DNA of 64,000 bases from contig NC_083438.1 in NCBI RefSeq assembly GCF_020745735.1, positions 10,381,867-10,445,866 of the forward strand, in the 5' to 3' direction. The notes under the pieces were generated by a model that was given only the letters and a program-made list of their open reading frames with translations, was not told the DNA's origin and did not search any database. This DNA is from Hemiscyllium ocellatum (lineage: Eukaryota). Made by a program: the position numbers and the translations under genes. This document shows positions 39,701-52,850 of this stretch, one piece after another. Each line of letters begins with the position of its first letter. Position 1 is the stretch's first letter.

Positions 39701-41670
39701 CCAGACTTTAAGGGTTGGTAATATTTGAAGAGAAGTTGCAAATAGAAATCGTTGTTGCTAAGAGTAAGGTGACATAATGCGGCAGAAGAAACTGCGAGGT
39801 ATTATGTTTTGAATGGTAGAACCCTGGAAAGGATCTTTGGCTTACGTACCCACCGATCCCCTATAGTACTGTGTCATCTGGATAAAGAGGCTAAGAAGGT
39901 GGGGAGAATATTTGCTTTTATTAGCCTTGACATTGACAATGAAGAGTAGGGAGATGATACTGGAACTTAATAAAACACTGGTTAGGCCATACTGAAGCGT
40001 TGTGTGCATGTTATCGAAGGATCTACAGTGTTATACATTGGGTGCTGTTTGCTGCCCTGGTAATTTGTGCTGTTTCAGTGACAATGTTTACAAGAAATTC
40101 TAAGGTAGGGATCATGTACAGTGCTGGGTCCTCTACGTTTTGTCACTTACATAAATGATTTGGATGTGAGCATTAGAGGTACAGTTAGTTAGTTTGCAGA
40201 TGACACCAAAATTGGAGGTGAACTGGACAGCGAAGAGGGTTACCTCAGATTACAACAGGATCTGGACCAGATGGGCCAATGGGCTGAGAAGTGGCAGATG
40301 GAGTTTAATTCAGATAAATGCGAGGTGCTGCATTTGGGAAAGCAAATCTTAGCAGGACATATACACTTAATGGTAAGGTCCTATGGAGTGTTGCTGAACA
40401 AAGAGACCTTGGAGTGCAGGTTCATAGCTCCTTGAAAGTGGAGTCACAGATAGATCGGATAGTGAAGGAGTCGTTTGGTATGCTTTCCTTTTTTGGTCAG
40501 AGTATTGAGTACAGGAATTGGGAGGTCATGTTGCAGCTGTACAGGACATTTTTTAGGCCACTGTTTGAATATTGCGTACAATTCTGGTCTCCTTCTTAGA
40601 ACATAGAACATAGAACATAGAAAAATACAGCGCAGTACAGGCCCTTCGGCCCTCGATGTTGCATCTTATCGGAAAGATGTGATGAAACTTGAAAGGGTTC
40701 AGAAAAGATTTACAAGGATGTTGCCAGGATTGAAAGTTTTGAGCTACAGGGAGAGGCTGAACAGGCTGGGGCTGTTTTCCCTGGAGTGTTGGAGGCTGAG
40801 GTGTGACCTTATAGAGGTTTACAAAATTATGTGGGGCATGGATAGGGTAAATAGACAAAGGTTTTTCCCTGGTGTCGGGGGTCCAGAACTAGAGGGCATA
40901 GATATAGGGTGAGAGGGGAAAGATATACAAGAGACCTAAGGGGCAACTTTTTCACACAGAGGGTGGTACATGTATGGAATGAGCTGCCAGAGGATGTGGT
41001 GGAGACTGGTACAATTGCAACATTTAAGAGGCATTTCGATGGGTATATGAATAGGAAGAGTTTTGAGGGATATGGGCCGGGTGCTGGTAGGTGGGACTAG
41101 ATTGGGTTGGGATAACTGGTCGGCATGGACAGGTAGGACCGAAGGGTCTGTTTCCATGCTGTACATCTCCATGAATCTCTGAATCTATGCATGTGATTAC
41201 ACTGAAATCAGCATTGATGAGATTTGCCATGATTTTGCTTGGGTTGGGGGTGTTTAGTTATGAAACTAGATTAGATAGAGGGGGGGTTTCCTTGGAGCAG
41301 AGGAGAATGAGAGAGAAGATTATCATAATGTCTGGAATTATTTTAGGCATAGACAGGGTAAACTGGACAAAACCTTTCCCTTTGATGGAGAGGTTAATGC
41401 CTCAGGAGCACAGGGTGAAGGTACAGCCAGGAAGTTTAGAGCGGATCTCGGGGGGAAAACAAAATTAAACAGAGGGTGATGTGAGTCTGGAGCTCAGTGC
41501 CTACAAGTCATGTAGAGACTGAGCCCCTCATAATAAGTATGAAGGATTTATATGCATCCTTGCAAGGCATACAAGGCAATGGATCAAGTGCTGGCACATG
41601 AGACTGGAATAGTTAGGTGCTGCAATTGATATGTGTGAACTGGATGGATCAAAGGGCCTTTCTCCTGTGC
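36720..41670 (+). mobile_element. Layered CR1 fragments filling most of the C-mu1-C-mu2 intron, antisense to IgH (~)
   Basis: Decayed endonuclease/RT from 36.7-38.25 kb, resuming after the PLE. Younger CR1 at ~40120-41180 (FADDTKIGG; RPLFEYCVQFWSP; LERVQKRFTRMLPGL). Confidence 0.8.
38265..39709 (+). mobile_element. Young Penelope-like element (GIY-YIG endonuclease) with inverted 3' duplication and 13-bp TSD
   Basis: ORF 38968-39597 has LPYV...VVYKIPCKDCTKHYIGQTGRQL..RIHEH...REFLEAWHS. Bases 38265-~38719 are the reverse complement of ~39222-39675. TSD aagggttggtaat at 38252-38264 and 39710-39722. Hammerhead-like GCA-CUGAUGA-U-GUUCCC(UAGCCA)GGGAAC-GAAAC-GUU-UGC at 39597-39636, mirrored at 38301-38340. 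Confidence 0.93.
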
Positions 41671-41763
41671 TGTGTAAGGTGATTCTGTGAAAACTGTTCT
41701 TAATAATGCTTTATTCATGTTAATCCCATATGCTCTGTTTATCTCAGTTCCCACAACACGTAC

Positions 41764-42069
41764 CTGGACATGGCATTTCTTTGGTCTTGTGTGACCCGCT
41801 GTGCTGAACCTCACAGTAGATTTTGCTGGGGCAATCTACCGCTGACCCGGGCAGGGTTAACTGGCTGCTCAGGGTGTAGGTTCCCTTCTTGTTTCTCACT
41901 GATGGGTAAGTCTTCAATCCAATCGTGATTAGCTCTCCACCTTTCTTCCAGGTTACCTTGGTGACGTCAGGGGAATAGTCCATCGCCAAACAACCATAGA
42001 TGACAGAACTGGTGTTGTGCTCCTCACAGGAGGAGACCAGTCCATAAAGCGTGGGATGAGATGGTGTCT
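41764..42069 (-). CDS. IGHM: C-mu1 exon (306 nt)
   Basis: Acceptor TGTTGTAG|AG, then (E)[101 protein letters not shown], then donor CCAG|GTACGT. Phase 1-1. Confidence 0.95.
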
Positions 42070-42404
42070 CTACAACAGAATGACCATGTTAGTTTCTGAT
42101 AATTTGACCTTATCAGTTACTCAAATGTATCCTCAGTTGTAAACGTTTGCCAGTATGCTCCCGCTGAAGTCTACAGCATAAATGCTTTTGTTTTGTTTCC
42201 TGCCAGTTGCTGATCATGATCATTGGTTCCCTCTTTAGAAACAGGCCCTCTACCTTGACCATTACCATATAATTTAGGAAGAAGAACATTCTGATCCCAC
42301 CCAAGTAACTGTTTGAAGATCTCACAACTGACACTTTCACTGGATTACAAGTGAAGAGCAGAGAAGTTTCACAAAATACAAACCAAGGAAATGCAGATTC
42401 ATCA

Positions 42405-42710
42405 AAATTCTACAGTGTGTGCAAACAGGCCATTTGGCCCAACAAGTCCACACTCACCCTCTGAAAAGTAACGCATCCATACCCATTCCCCTATCCTATT
42501 ACATTTAACCCTGACTAATGCACCTAACCTCCCAATCACTGAACACAACATTTGCAATTCCCCCAGCTTGCACATCTTTGGACTGTGGGAGGAAACGCAC
42601 ACAGATATGGGGAGAAAGTGCCAACTCCACGCAGACAATCGCCCGAGGCTGGAATGGAACCTAGCACTGTTAGGCAGCAATGCTAACCACGGAACCAGCG
42701 TGCTGCCCAA
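42405..42710 (-). mobile_element. tRNA-derived SINE (HE1-like)
   Basis: Reverse complement of the same family as 15436-15702. Confidence 0.8.
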
Positions 42711-42774
42711 TTAGGTACCGTACTGCTGGAAATACCCAACAGCTGGCAGTACCCCCGGAGAGAAATCAGAGTGA

Positions 42775-45400
42775 ATCATAGAACATTACAGCGCAGTACA
42801 GACCCTTCGGCCCTCGATGTTGCGCCGCCCTGTCATACTAATCTGAAGCCCATCCTACCTGCACGATTCCATGTGCGTCCATATGCTTGTCTAATGACGA
42901 CATAAATGCACTTAAACTCGGCGAATCTACTACCGTTGCAGGCAAAGCATTCCATAGCCTTACTACTCAATGATTAAAGAAAACACCTCTGACATCTGTC
43001 TTATACCTATCTCCCCTCACTTTAAAGTTGTGTCCCCTCGTGTTTGCCGTCCCCATACGTGGAAATCAGGTCCAGTGAGCCTTCCTCACTTATCAATGCA
43101 AGGCAGAATGTTCTCTCTGGGAGGAAGGTCACTGCAGCAGCAGCAGCACAGGCAGGAGCTGAGCACTGGGACGGGGAGGATGGCTGTCACAGCTAGCCTC
43201 ATGCCAATTGTCTGGAAGTTGAAACATCTAATTTACAATTATCTGAATTCTGGAGGCCTCTGAAAAATGCAGGACCATTAAAGTTCAGAGACTTTGGAGT
43301 GTTACAGCTGAGTATTTACGTAAATATGATTTGAGAATTGAACAAGTAATCTTTAACTTCACTAACTATCAAACTGACACGCAGTTCACCACCAAACGTC
43401 ATTTTTCAGACTAACCACTGCACTTACTCTGACAAAGCCTACCCTGCTATACACCCATTCATGCCCGGAACACACAACCCCTATCACACGAAACACATCT
43501 GAGGCAATCCATGTTGGTAGTGTAGCTGAGCAGAGAGATCTTGGTGTCCATGTACATGGATCCCTAAAAGGTTTCCAGCCAGTTTGATAGAGTTGTTAAG
43601 TAGGCATTCTTTGTGTTGGCTTTCATCAATAGAGGGACTGAGTTTCAGAACCACGAGGTTAGGCTGCAGCTGTACAAAACTCTGGTGTGGCCACACTTGG
43701 AGTATTGTATACTGTTCTGGTCACCACATTATAGAGAGAATGTGGAAGTTTTGGAAGAGTTCAGAGGAGGTTTACTAGGATGTTGCTTGGTATGGCGGGA
43801 AGGTTTAATGAGGAAAGGATGAGGGTCTTGAGGCTGTTTTTGTTTGAGAGAAAAAGGTTGAGAGGAGACTTAATTGAGACATAAAAGATAAACAGAGGGT
43901 GGACAGTGAAAGTATTTTTCCTTGAATATGATGGCTAGCAGGAGAGGACATAGATGACAGATGTCAGAGGTTGTTTCTTTACTCAGAGAGGAGTAGGGGC
44001 ATGGAACGCACTGCCCGTAACAATAGTACACTCGCCAACTTTAAGGGCATTTAAAAGGTCATTGGATAAACATATGGATGAAAATGGAATAGTGTATGAT
44101 AGATAGGCTTCAGATTGATTCCACAGGTCAGCGCAACATCGAGGGCTGAAGGGCCTGTACTGCACTGTAATGTTTTATATTCTATATTCCAGATGGACAT
44201 ATGATCTCAATTCCTTTCAGTCATTTACACTCCTGCCACCCTGCACCTGGCCCATGGTGAATCGGGCACTGACTGGACTTGGCACCATCATTTTCACAAC
44301 CTCTGACAAAAGCCCACTACCCAAGACATGACCTCAGCCCTTGATCACTGACCTCTCATCTTACTGAAGTCAACCTGTGCACATTGCATCCTAGCTCCTT
44401 TTGCATCTGTGCTTTACAACCTTCCATTTTGCCAGACTCCAAGCTTTGCATTTTGACAACACGTCCACCTGTCACTTCATTGCAGTGACCTTCCACCCCC
44501 GAAACATCCTGGCATTCTGTCCACCTCTACATTAACCAGACTGGCACCCAGCCCACATCTCCATAAACCAGCCTGGCAAAGCCAGACCTCCTGCATTTCA
44601 GCTCAAACTACCACTCACCTACCAAGCACAATTCGAACAAATTATCCTGTAACCATTACCATTTACCTTGATGCCACCTTTTGCCAGGCAGAGTGCACGC
44701 AAGCTTACCCAGCAGCCAGCCAACCAGCCTACCAGCCCAAACTCTCCCACATTCCCAATCTAGCCCCTCACTTGCTCACCACCTTCCAACTCTGAGCCTC
44801 CTCCACCATAAAGTCAGTTATTCATAAAGTCGTACAGCACAGAAACATTTCCTTTGGTCCAGCCCATCCATGCTGACCAGAGTTCCCAAATTAAACTAAT
44901 TTTACTTGCCTGCCTTTGGCCCATATCCATCCAGACCTATCCAGTTCCTGTAGCTGTTCAAATGGCTTCTAAATGTTTGACCTATCTCTGCATTTACCAC
45001 TTCCATTGCAGTTCATTCCAATGTTTGGACAGTTGCAACATGAAGCCCTAACTCCTGCACTCAGTGCTCTGACCAATAAAGGTACATGTACCAAACACCT
45101 TCAACACACTAGATACTTGAGACAACGCTTTCATGAATCTTTGTGTCTGAACCCTCAGGATCCTGTGTTTAGCATCACTACCCAGTGCCCTACCATTAAC
45201 TCTAAGTTGTGACCTGATTTGTCTTCTCAAAAAGCAACACATCGTATTCATTTAAATTAAACTCCATCTGCCACTCCTCAGCCCATTGGTCTAGCTGATC
45301 AAGATCTCATTGTAAGTTTAGATAACTTTCACTGCCAATAATGCCACCAATTTTGGCGTTACGTGCAAACTTACAAACCATGCCCCATTTAATGTTTTCA
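42775..45400. mobile_element. CR1 3' fragments in the J-C intron (42775-43060 minus, 43500-44210 plus, 44820-45400 minus) (~)
   Basis: ORF 43613-43822 (LQLYKTLVWPHLEYCILFWSPHYR) and characteristic tails. Confidence 0.75.
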
Positions 45401-45407
45401 TGGCTTT

Positions 45408-45582
45408 CAACCAATATTTCCCTTTTTCCCACATAACCAATATTGTCGCCTGTTTCCCTTTTTCCCACGTATCCAATACTGTAGCTTGTTTCCCTTTTTC
45501 CCACATAACCAATATTGTAGCCTGTTTCCCTTTGTCCCACGTATCCAATATTGTAGCCTGTTTCCCTTTTTCCCACATATCC
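45408..45582. repeat. 36-bp minisatellite, ~5 copies
   Basis: Unit ccaatattgtagcctgtttccctttttcccac(g/a)ta(t/a), visible as the 12-aa repeat GKRETGYNIGYV in ORF 45307-45576. Confidence 0.92.
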
Positions 45583-47332
45583 GTAGCATTTTTTTAAGGA
45601 TTGAAGAAATCTATCTCCTTATTGAAATCATTTAATCTTTTGTCCTCAATCAATTTCTGTGGTGGAGAATTCCAAAGGTACACCATTCTTTTGTTGAACA
45701 GTAAGCAATCAGGTTCAATGTTATCGGTGTGTTGGGAAGACTGGTGAGCAGCAAGATTAACGATGATCCCATGAATGGAATACCCTTCTAGAGGGGCCAA
45801 GTTGCCTTCTTCAGCTTCCATTTTGGATGCTGATATGTCCCTTCGACAGGATATTCCAAAATTGTGATCCTTGAGGATAAGGGTGCACATGCATGTAAAT
45901 GCTTCTTCTGAAAGCTTTCCTCCAAATCAGACTTTAACTTGACTCTCAACTATTTCCCTGCCCGTTTCCTCTTCCTCGATCACAGCCATGGGACTCACTT
46001 CCTAACGGCGCTGTGAATGTGCTAATACCACACAAACTTCAGGAATTCAAATAGACTGATAACAACTGGTTTCTCAAGGCGATATAAAAAGTCTGACGCT
46101 TCTACACCTGTCCAGAGATTCAAACAATCACTGGAATAATTGAAAATTATTTGAGGCACTTGTGTGTCTACACAAGATGGCATGGTTTCCTTCTGTGTGA
46201 TTTGACTGTGTTTTCACTGCATGGACAGAACTATTTCTTAATCACATAATGGGAATGAAGCTTCCCTCATTTTTAGCAAGGCAATCACACATCATATTTC
46301 TTTGTTCCAGGGAAGTATAGTGTTAAATTAATGGAACCTGATGATTGGGATGTTTCAATTGGAAATTGTCAGAGATTTAAAGCTTACTTTCATGAGCAAT
46401 TAATTCCAGCCTCAATGTGTCACTTTAAATACTCACAGAAATGTCTTTCAGAAATGGTGTCTCCCTTTGTTATGGGCAGTCGAATCAGTAAATCTGGGAT
46501 AGTTTTTGCTCGTTAATCAAAGGTGTTAAACACTTTTAGCCAAAGGGAGACCTATGGATTTAACTCATTGATGCACCATGATCTAAGTAAGTGGTGGAAC
46601 AGCTCGAGGGGCTGAGTGCCCTCCTCTTGTTCCTACCTTCCTATCATTGTGTCACTCATTAAGCTAGCACTGGCCGTGAATACTTTTTATTAAAATATTT
46701 CTACAAATTAATTGTTTCACACATTATTTTAAAAAAAGTCTGTTGATTATTTGGAACGGGATCATTGATATTCTCTATCTGAATGATCAAAATAACTTCC
46801 ATCCAATTACAGCAGCCACTGCACTCTGGAGTGTGTTGTTACTTCATAGTAGTTTCTTGTGAAACAATAGCTTGAGATCAGGGCGGTCAAATTCAATGAT
46901 TCTCTGATATTTAATATCTCTGAACGTTCGCAATTTGTTCAAATGCATCTTCTCTCTGAAGAACGGGTTTCATCGAACAGATCGTTTTTCAATTAAACGA
47001 CAAACTTTGAATGCTTTGAAAACCAAAATAAAGACAGAAATTTCTGAAGAAACTCAGCAGGTCTGCCAGCTCCTGTGGAGAGAAATCAAGGTTAACCTTT
47101 CGCATCCAGAGACCCCCCTCTTCAGCAAATTGTTTTCATGTTTTTGGCACAAGAGCTCAGACCTGTTGAGTGAGACAGTGATTACTTTGGCTTGACTCCT
47201 GTTGGAAAAGGACTCTTAGCAGAGGTACTGTAGTGTTGGATTCAGCGGAACCCCCACCGTACTGAACAATCAAATTCAGCCACAGCACTGGTGTAATATA
47301 AAGTAAAACAGCCTAGGTATAATCTCAACAAA

Positions 47333-49180
47333 CCAAAAGAGAAAATACTGGAAAATTTCAGCAGATCTGGCAGAATATGTAAGGAGAGAAAAGAGCTGAT
47401 GTTTCGAGTCTAACTGGATGGGTGAAACAGAGGCAAAATGGAAAACAGGGGAGAAGGGTAGCAAAGGAGGAATAGGAGAGAAAAAGGTGATGAGAGAGTG
47501 GGGAGAGAGAGAAAGAGGGATAATCAAGAAATAAGAGGTACAGAACAGTGGGAAAAAAAATAAAAAGATAAATAAAATTACGGAGCAGAATGAACACAGA
47601 GGGGTCGATATGGGATAATCATCTGAAGTTGTTGACTTCAATGTTGAGACCGGCAGACTGCAACGTGCCTAGTCGAAGATGAGATGCTGTTCCTCCAGTT
47701 CGCATTGACCTTGACTGGAACATTGCAGCAGGCCAAGGACAGATATGTGGGCATGGGAGCAGTGTTATGTGTTAAAGTGGCAAGCCACGGGAAGGTCCGG
47801 GACCTGACTGTGTACAGATCGAAGGTCCTCAGCAAAGCGATCACCCAGTCAGTGTTCTGTCTCTCCTATATAGAGGAAACCACATTGGAGCAACGAATGC
47901 AATAGACCAAATTGAAAGAGGTACAAGTGAAGCGCTGCTTAATCTGAAATGAGTGTTTGGGGCCTTGGATGGTGAGCATGGAAGAGGTAAATGGGCAGGT
48001 GTTGCACCTTCTGCGATTGCATAGGAAGGTGCTGTGTGTGATGGGAGAGGACTTAGGTGTGATGGAGAAGTGGACTAGGTTGTCCTGGGAGGGAATGATC
48101 CCAGCGGAATGCAGACAGGGGGAGGGAAGGGAAGATGTGTTTAGTGGTGGCATTGTGCTCAATTTGGCGAAAATGGTGGAGGATTATTCTTTGTATGTGA
48201 AGGCTGGTGGGGTGAAAGGTGAGAACAAGAGGGACCCTATCTTTGTTCTGGGAGGGGAGGGAGAGGATGAGGGTCCTGGCGTGGGAGATGGACCGCACGC
48301 TGTCTAGAGCCCTGTCAACAACTGTAGGTGGGAAGCCACAGTTGGAGAAGAAGGAGCACATAATAACAGCACCACTTTGGAAAATGACCTCATCAGAACA
48401 AATGCGGCGAAGGCTGAGAGCAAGGGATAGAGTCCTTACAGGATGTAGAGTGAGAAGAGCTGTCGTCCAGATAGCTGTGGGAGTCAGTGGGCTTGTAATG
48501 GATATTAGTGGATAGACTATTGCTGGAAATGGAGACAGAAAGGCCAAGAAAAGGAAGGCAAGTGTTGGAGATGGACCAGGTGAAGGTGCTGGAGGGATGG
48601 AAACTGGAAGAGAAGTCTATGAATGTTTCCACATCAGGACGAGTGCATGAAGCTGCACCGAAATAGTCATCGATGTACCGATAAAGCAGTTGTGGGAGGG
48701 GACCCAGGTAGGCCGGGAACAAGAAACGGCAGGCATAGCTAGATGACTACAGCACCCCCTTTGTCAGCAGGTTTGATGACAAGGTTGGGGTTGGACCTAA
48801 GGGAGCGAAGGGCAGAAATTTCGGAAGGAGAGAGGTTGGTATGGGTAAGGGGGCAGAGCAATTACTGCGGTCAATGTCCCGCCTACAATTGTCAATGAAA
48901 AGATCGAGGGCAGGAAATTGTCCTGGTGGGGTGTCCAGTTAGAGGTGGCATGTTGGGGGGATGTGAAAGGATCTGTGGAGCAGGGGAGTACTCTTGCCCA
49001 AAGAAGTGAGCACGAAGGTGAAGGTGACGGAAGAAGAGCTCAGCATCATGTTGTGTTTTGACAAAGGATCAGTTAGACTAGAAACGTCAGCTCTTTTCTC
49101 TCCTTACAGATGCTGCCAGACCTGCTGAGATTTTCTCTTTGGTTTCAGATTTCTGCATCCACAGTAATTTGCTTTTCTCC
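47333..49180 (-). mobile_element. Penelope-like element (Neptune-type) with inverted terminal repeats and 14-bp TSD
   Basis: TSD ataatctcaacaaa at 47319-47332 and 49181-49194. RT motif YRYIDDYFG (ORF 48393-48722), DRVPLVLTFHP linker, and GIY-YIG onset FTCTSFNLVYCIRCS. Ends 47333-47420 and 49075-49180 are inverted. Confidence 0.9.
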
Positions 49181-50721
49181 ATAATCTCAACAAATATGCT
49201 TGGAAAATAATTCATTCTGAATTAGTTATAAGTGATATTGTTAGAACAACAAGTCAAAAGCTGGGATTTCTTTGAGGATTTACTCCATTAACCCCAACTA
49301 GCAATGCCCTAAAGCTTGTGAACAAATATTGATTTGGAAAAAGATGCTAACCGCCAATGTTCTGCTAAATATCAAGTCAGGACAGCGATTGAATAGATTT
49401 CACAGTCCTCTGAGGGGAATTCCAACAAAAAATCAACTTAATCTGCTTTTCCCCCCAAATTAACCTGATAAGAGATGGTGTTACGTATCTCTCTAACAGG
49501 TTGTAAGTGCACACAGTCAAGGATACTACCACAACAGACCTGAACACAATGAGCTCGACACTCTCTCGGAGAACAAAGCCCACTTGTTAATTATGATCAT
49601 CTTCCAACAACCAGGGATTGTTCCAGAATGTTTACACAATGAAAGTAGCATTGCTGCAATTATCCAAGAATACTTTGTCAGCAGCTCGGAACTCGATGGG
49701 AACTACAGAGGATTAAAACTAGGAATTGCATTGCCATAAATTCATTGTCACTGGACTTCAACCTGGAACTCCCTTCCTCTTAGCCCTGTGAATGTTGCTG
49801 CACCAGATAGTTTACTTAGTTTGAAATAGATTAAAATGTTTTGAAGTGTATTATGACCGTTGTCAGTGACATTAAAGGTTGACGATAGATTTTCAACTAA
49901 CAAGATGCAAAGTAATTTCTGATTATATATTATGCCATTAAACATATCCCAGATAACTGAGACACAAAGAAAATATGCAGCACATTTCCCTCTGCCTCAC
50001 TCAAATATTCCTTGTTGTCAACAACCAATTTCAAAACTCTTTGCAGTCTGCCTTTTTTTCCTGAAGTGTTGGTTCTGATTGAAACAATTTAGTCAGGGCT
50101 CCAAATATTACATTTCTGGCAGAAAAAAAAGTGGTTTTGAAGCGCAAGATAAAATTGAACTGTCTGAGATTCAGATATCCAAACTGGACAATTTACAAAT
50201 GGTCAGGACCAGTTGACAAGTTAATCGGAGCTAGCACTGAAACAAACTGTATAACAGTCTTGATCCTAGCAGATACATCTGCTCAATTCCTCATGTCAAA
50301 TATATTCATTACAATTTCATATTTATCAGAGAAACTAACCAGAGGATTAATGTGAATGAGATTGTGTTCACAATGAACATAGATAATGATTGAGTCAATA
50401 AACTTAACAAGTCATTGTAATTAACAAAATTATTAAGGTGGGGTATATCGCCAATTAAAGCACAACTCCACAGGAAATGGATTATTCTCCAAATTATTTT
50501 TACATATTTTTAAAACATTTCTTAAACTGTGTAGATTTTGCATGCACTGCACAAAGCCAAGACTGCATTCCAGTGTGGAAATGCATTTCTGTTGAAGGAA
50601 CGAGGGCATTGTCTTTTTAGTTGCTTTGTAGTGTACGAATTTTTTTTTAAAAGATATGAATTGAAAACATGCTTCTGTCTGGAGTTGCCCACTTTAGCTG
50701 ATGTCTAAATAAATGTGGACA

Positions 50722-52850
50722 GTGCGCTGGCTTACTGGTGAGCACTGCTGCCTCACAGTACCAGGTACCTGGGCTCGGTTCCAGCCTCGGACGACTGTCT
50801 GTGGGGAGTTGTAGAGTTTACGCATTCTCCCCTGTGTCTGTGTGGATTTGCTCCCACAATCCAAAGATGTGCACATCAGATGAATTGGTCATGCTATATT
50901 GTCCATAGTGTTAGGTGCATTAGTCACCTAATGGGCCTGAGTGGGTAACTCTTTGGAGGATCGGTGTGGACCTGTTGGGCCAAATGACCCGTTTCCATAT
51001 TGAGGGAATTTAATTGAATGACCGTCACACTTAACTAATGTGAGCATTGCTACATTGCAATAAACCAGTCAAGTGTATTAACTAAAATAAATATTACTCT
51101 ATTTTCAGTGTTTGAATAAACAATGTGTTCTATTATCATTTCGTGCATGCCTTCTGCAAACTTGTGAACTCTGCATATGTCTGAATGCATCGATATAAAA
51201 TACATTCTCTGCATTCACAGCAAGTATTCCCCTGGTTTTAGAGTAGATTTCATCCAGCATGAAAACAGGCCATTTAGCCCAACAATTCCACACCGACCCT
51301 CTGGACAGGAAGTAGCCCACGCAGACCCACTCCCCCCCAACCTTTATTTACCCCTTACTAATGCAACCTAACCTATACATTCCTGAACAATATTTAGCAT
51401 GGCCAATTCACCTAACTTGCACATCTTTGGATGGTGGGACAAAACTGGACCACCCAGAGAAAACCCACACAGACACGCAGAGCATGTGCAAATCTCCATA
51501 CAGACAGTCACCCGAGAGTGAAATCGAACCTGGGTCCCTGGCGCTGTGAGGCAGTATTACTAACCGCTAAAAAGGCACAGGTGCAGATTAAATCTTTCAG
51601 TTCATATTTTGTTTTTTTATCCTGCAAATCCAATTTAATCAGGGATATAAAAATTAATTCATTCAAGTTACTTGTGAAACTGATCAAAGCAGTGAAATTG
51701 GTCTGTTCTTCATCGAATCGAGCAGAATTTCTAAATGGTCTTTGCCAATGATCTTTTCCAGCCAGAAAACTTGAGTGTAGTGTACAGCGGAATTGAACTT
51801 TTGAAATTCTATTGATATTTTTCGATGACTTGTGGACTGTTTAAAGACAGACCTTGTGATTGACTAGATAGTTGGGTTTAGATTAGATTAGATTACTTAC
51901 AGTGTGGAAACAGGCCCTTCAAGTCCCAACAAGTCCACACCGATCCTCCATAGAGCATCCCACCCAGACCCATTCCCCTACATCTAACAGTATGGGCAAT
52001 TTAGCACAGCCAATTGACCTAACCTGCACATTCTTGGACTGTCGGAGGAAACCGGAGCACCCGGAGGAAGCCCACGCTGACACGAGGAGAATGTGCAAAC
52101 TCCACACACCGACAGTCACCTGAGGTGGGAATTGAACCTGACTCTCTGGCACTGTGAAGCAACAGTGCTAACCACTGTGCCACCGTGCCGCCCACAGTTC
52201 TGAATTTGGATTCTAAGGAGTGGATTAGATTAATCCTTAATTATTACTTCTAAGTAAAAATTGCACCCGAAGGTATCTGTTTTCCCTTCATTTCCAAAAC
52301 CTTTGCAATTTGCCTTTCACATAATATTAGGCTTTATGAAATTTCAACTCACATGCTGATTGCATTGAATAAGGAAACTGGAGTGGTTCACTGTCGCCAA
52401 CCATGTAAATAGTGCAAAAACAATGTAGAAACCGGAAACAATTTCCCAAATATAACAAAACGTAATGTTACCCAAGCACATTCCCTCCCCAATAGAGCAA
52501 AGATCACCAAATGACAACACTGAGGAACACCAATGTGTTTGCAGCAGAACTAGCTCTGCAAACATTTTCAACAGAATCAAGAACATGATTTAACCTCACA
52601 AAAAAAAACAGATTGAAATCTAACAACACTGCTCAGTATTAATCAGGGGTAAATGTTGGGGAACGGGTCTGGGTGTGTTGCCCTTCGGAGGTTGGGTGAA
52701 TTGACCATGCTGAATTGCCCATAGTGTTATGTGTATTAATCAGGGGTAAATGTACCAGAATGGGTCTGGGTGTGTTGCTCTTCGGCGGGTTGGTGTGGAC
52801 TTGTTGAGCCGAAAGGCCTGTTTCCGCAATGGAGGTAATCTAATCTAGTC
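50722..52850. mobile_element. Cluster of HE1-like SINEs (50722-51003 plus; 51258-51567 minus; 51878-52193 minus; 52645-52850 plus, partial)
   Basis: tRNA-like heads, shared central domain and (aatct)n tails. Confidence 0.82.

Noticed and set aside
45408-45582. CRISPR-like 36-bp repeats
   Set aside because: The units are directly adjacent with no unique spacers, in vertebrate DNA. It is a minisatellite.
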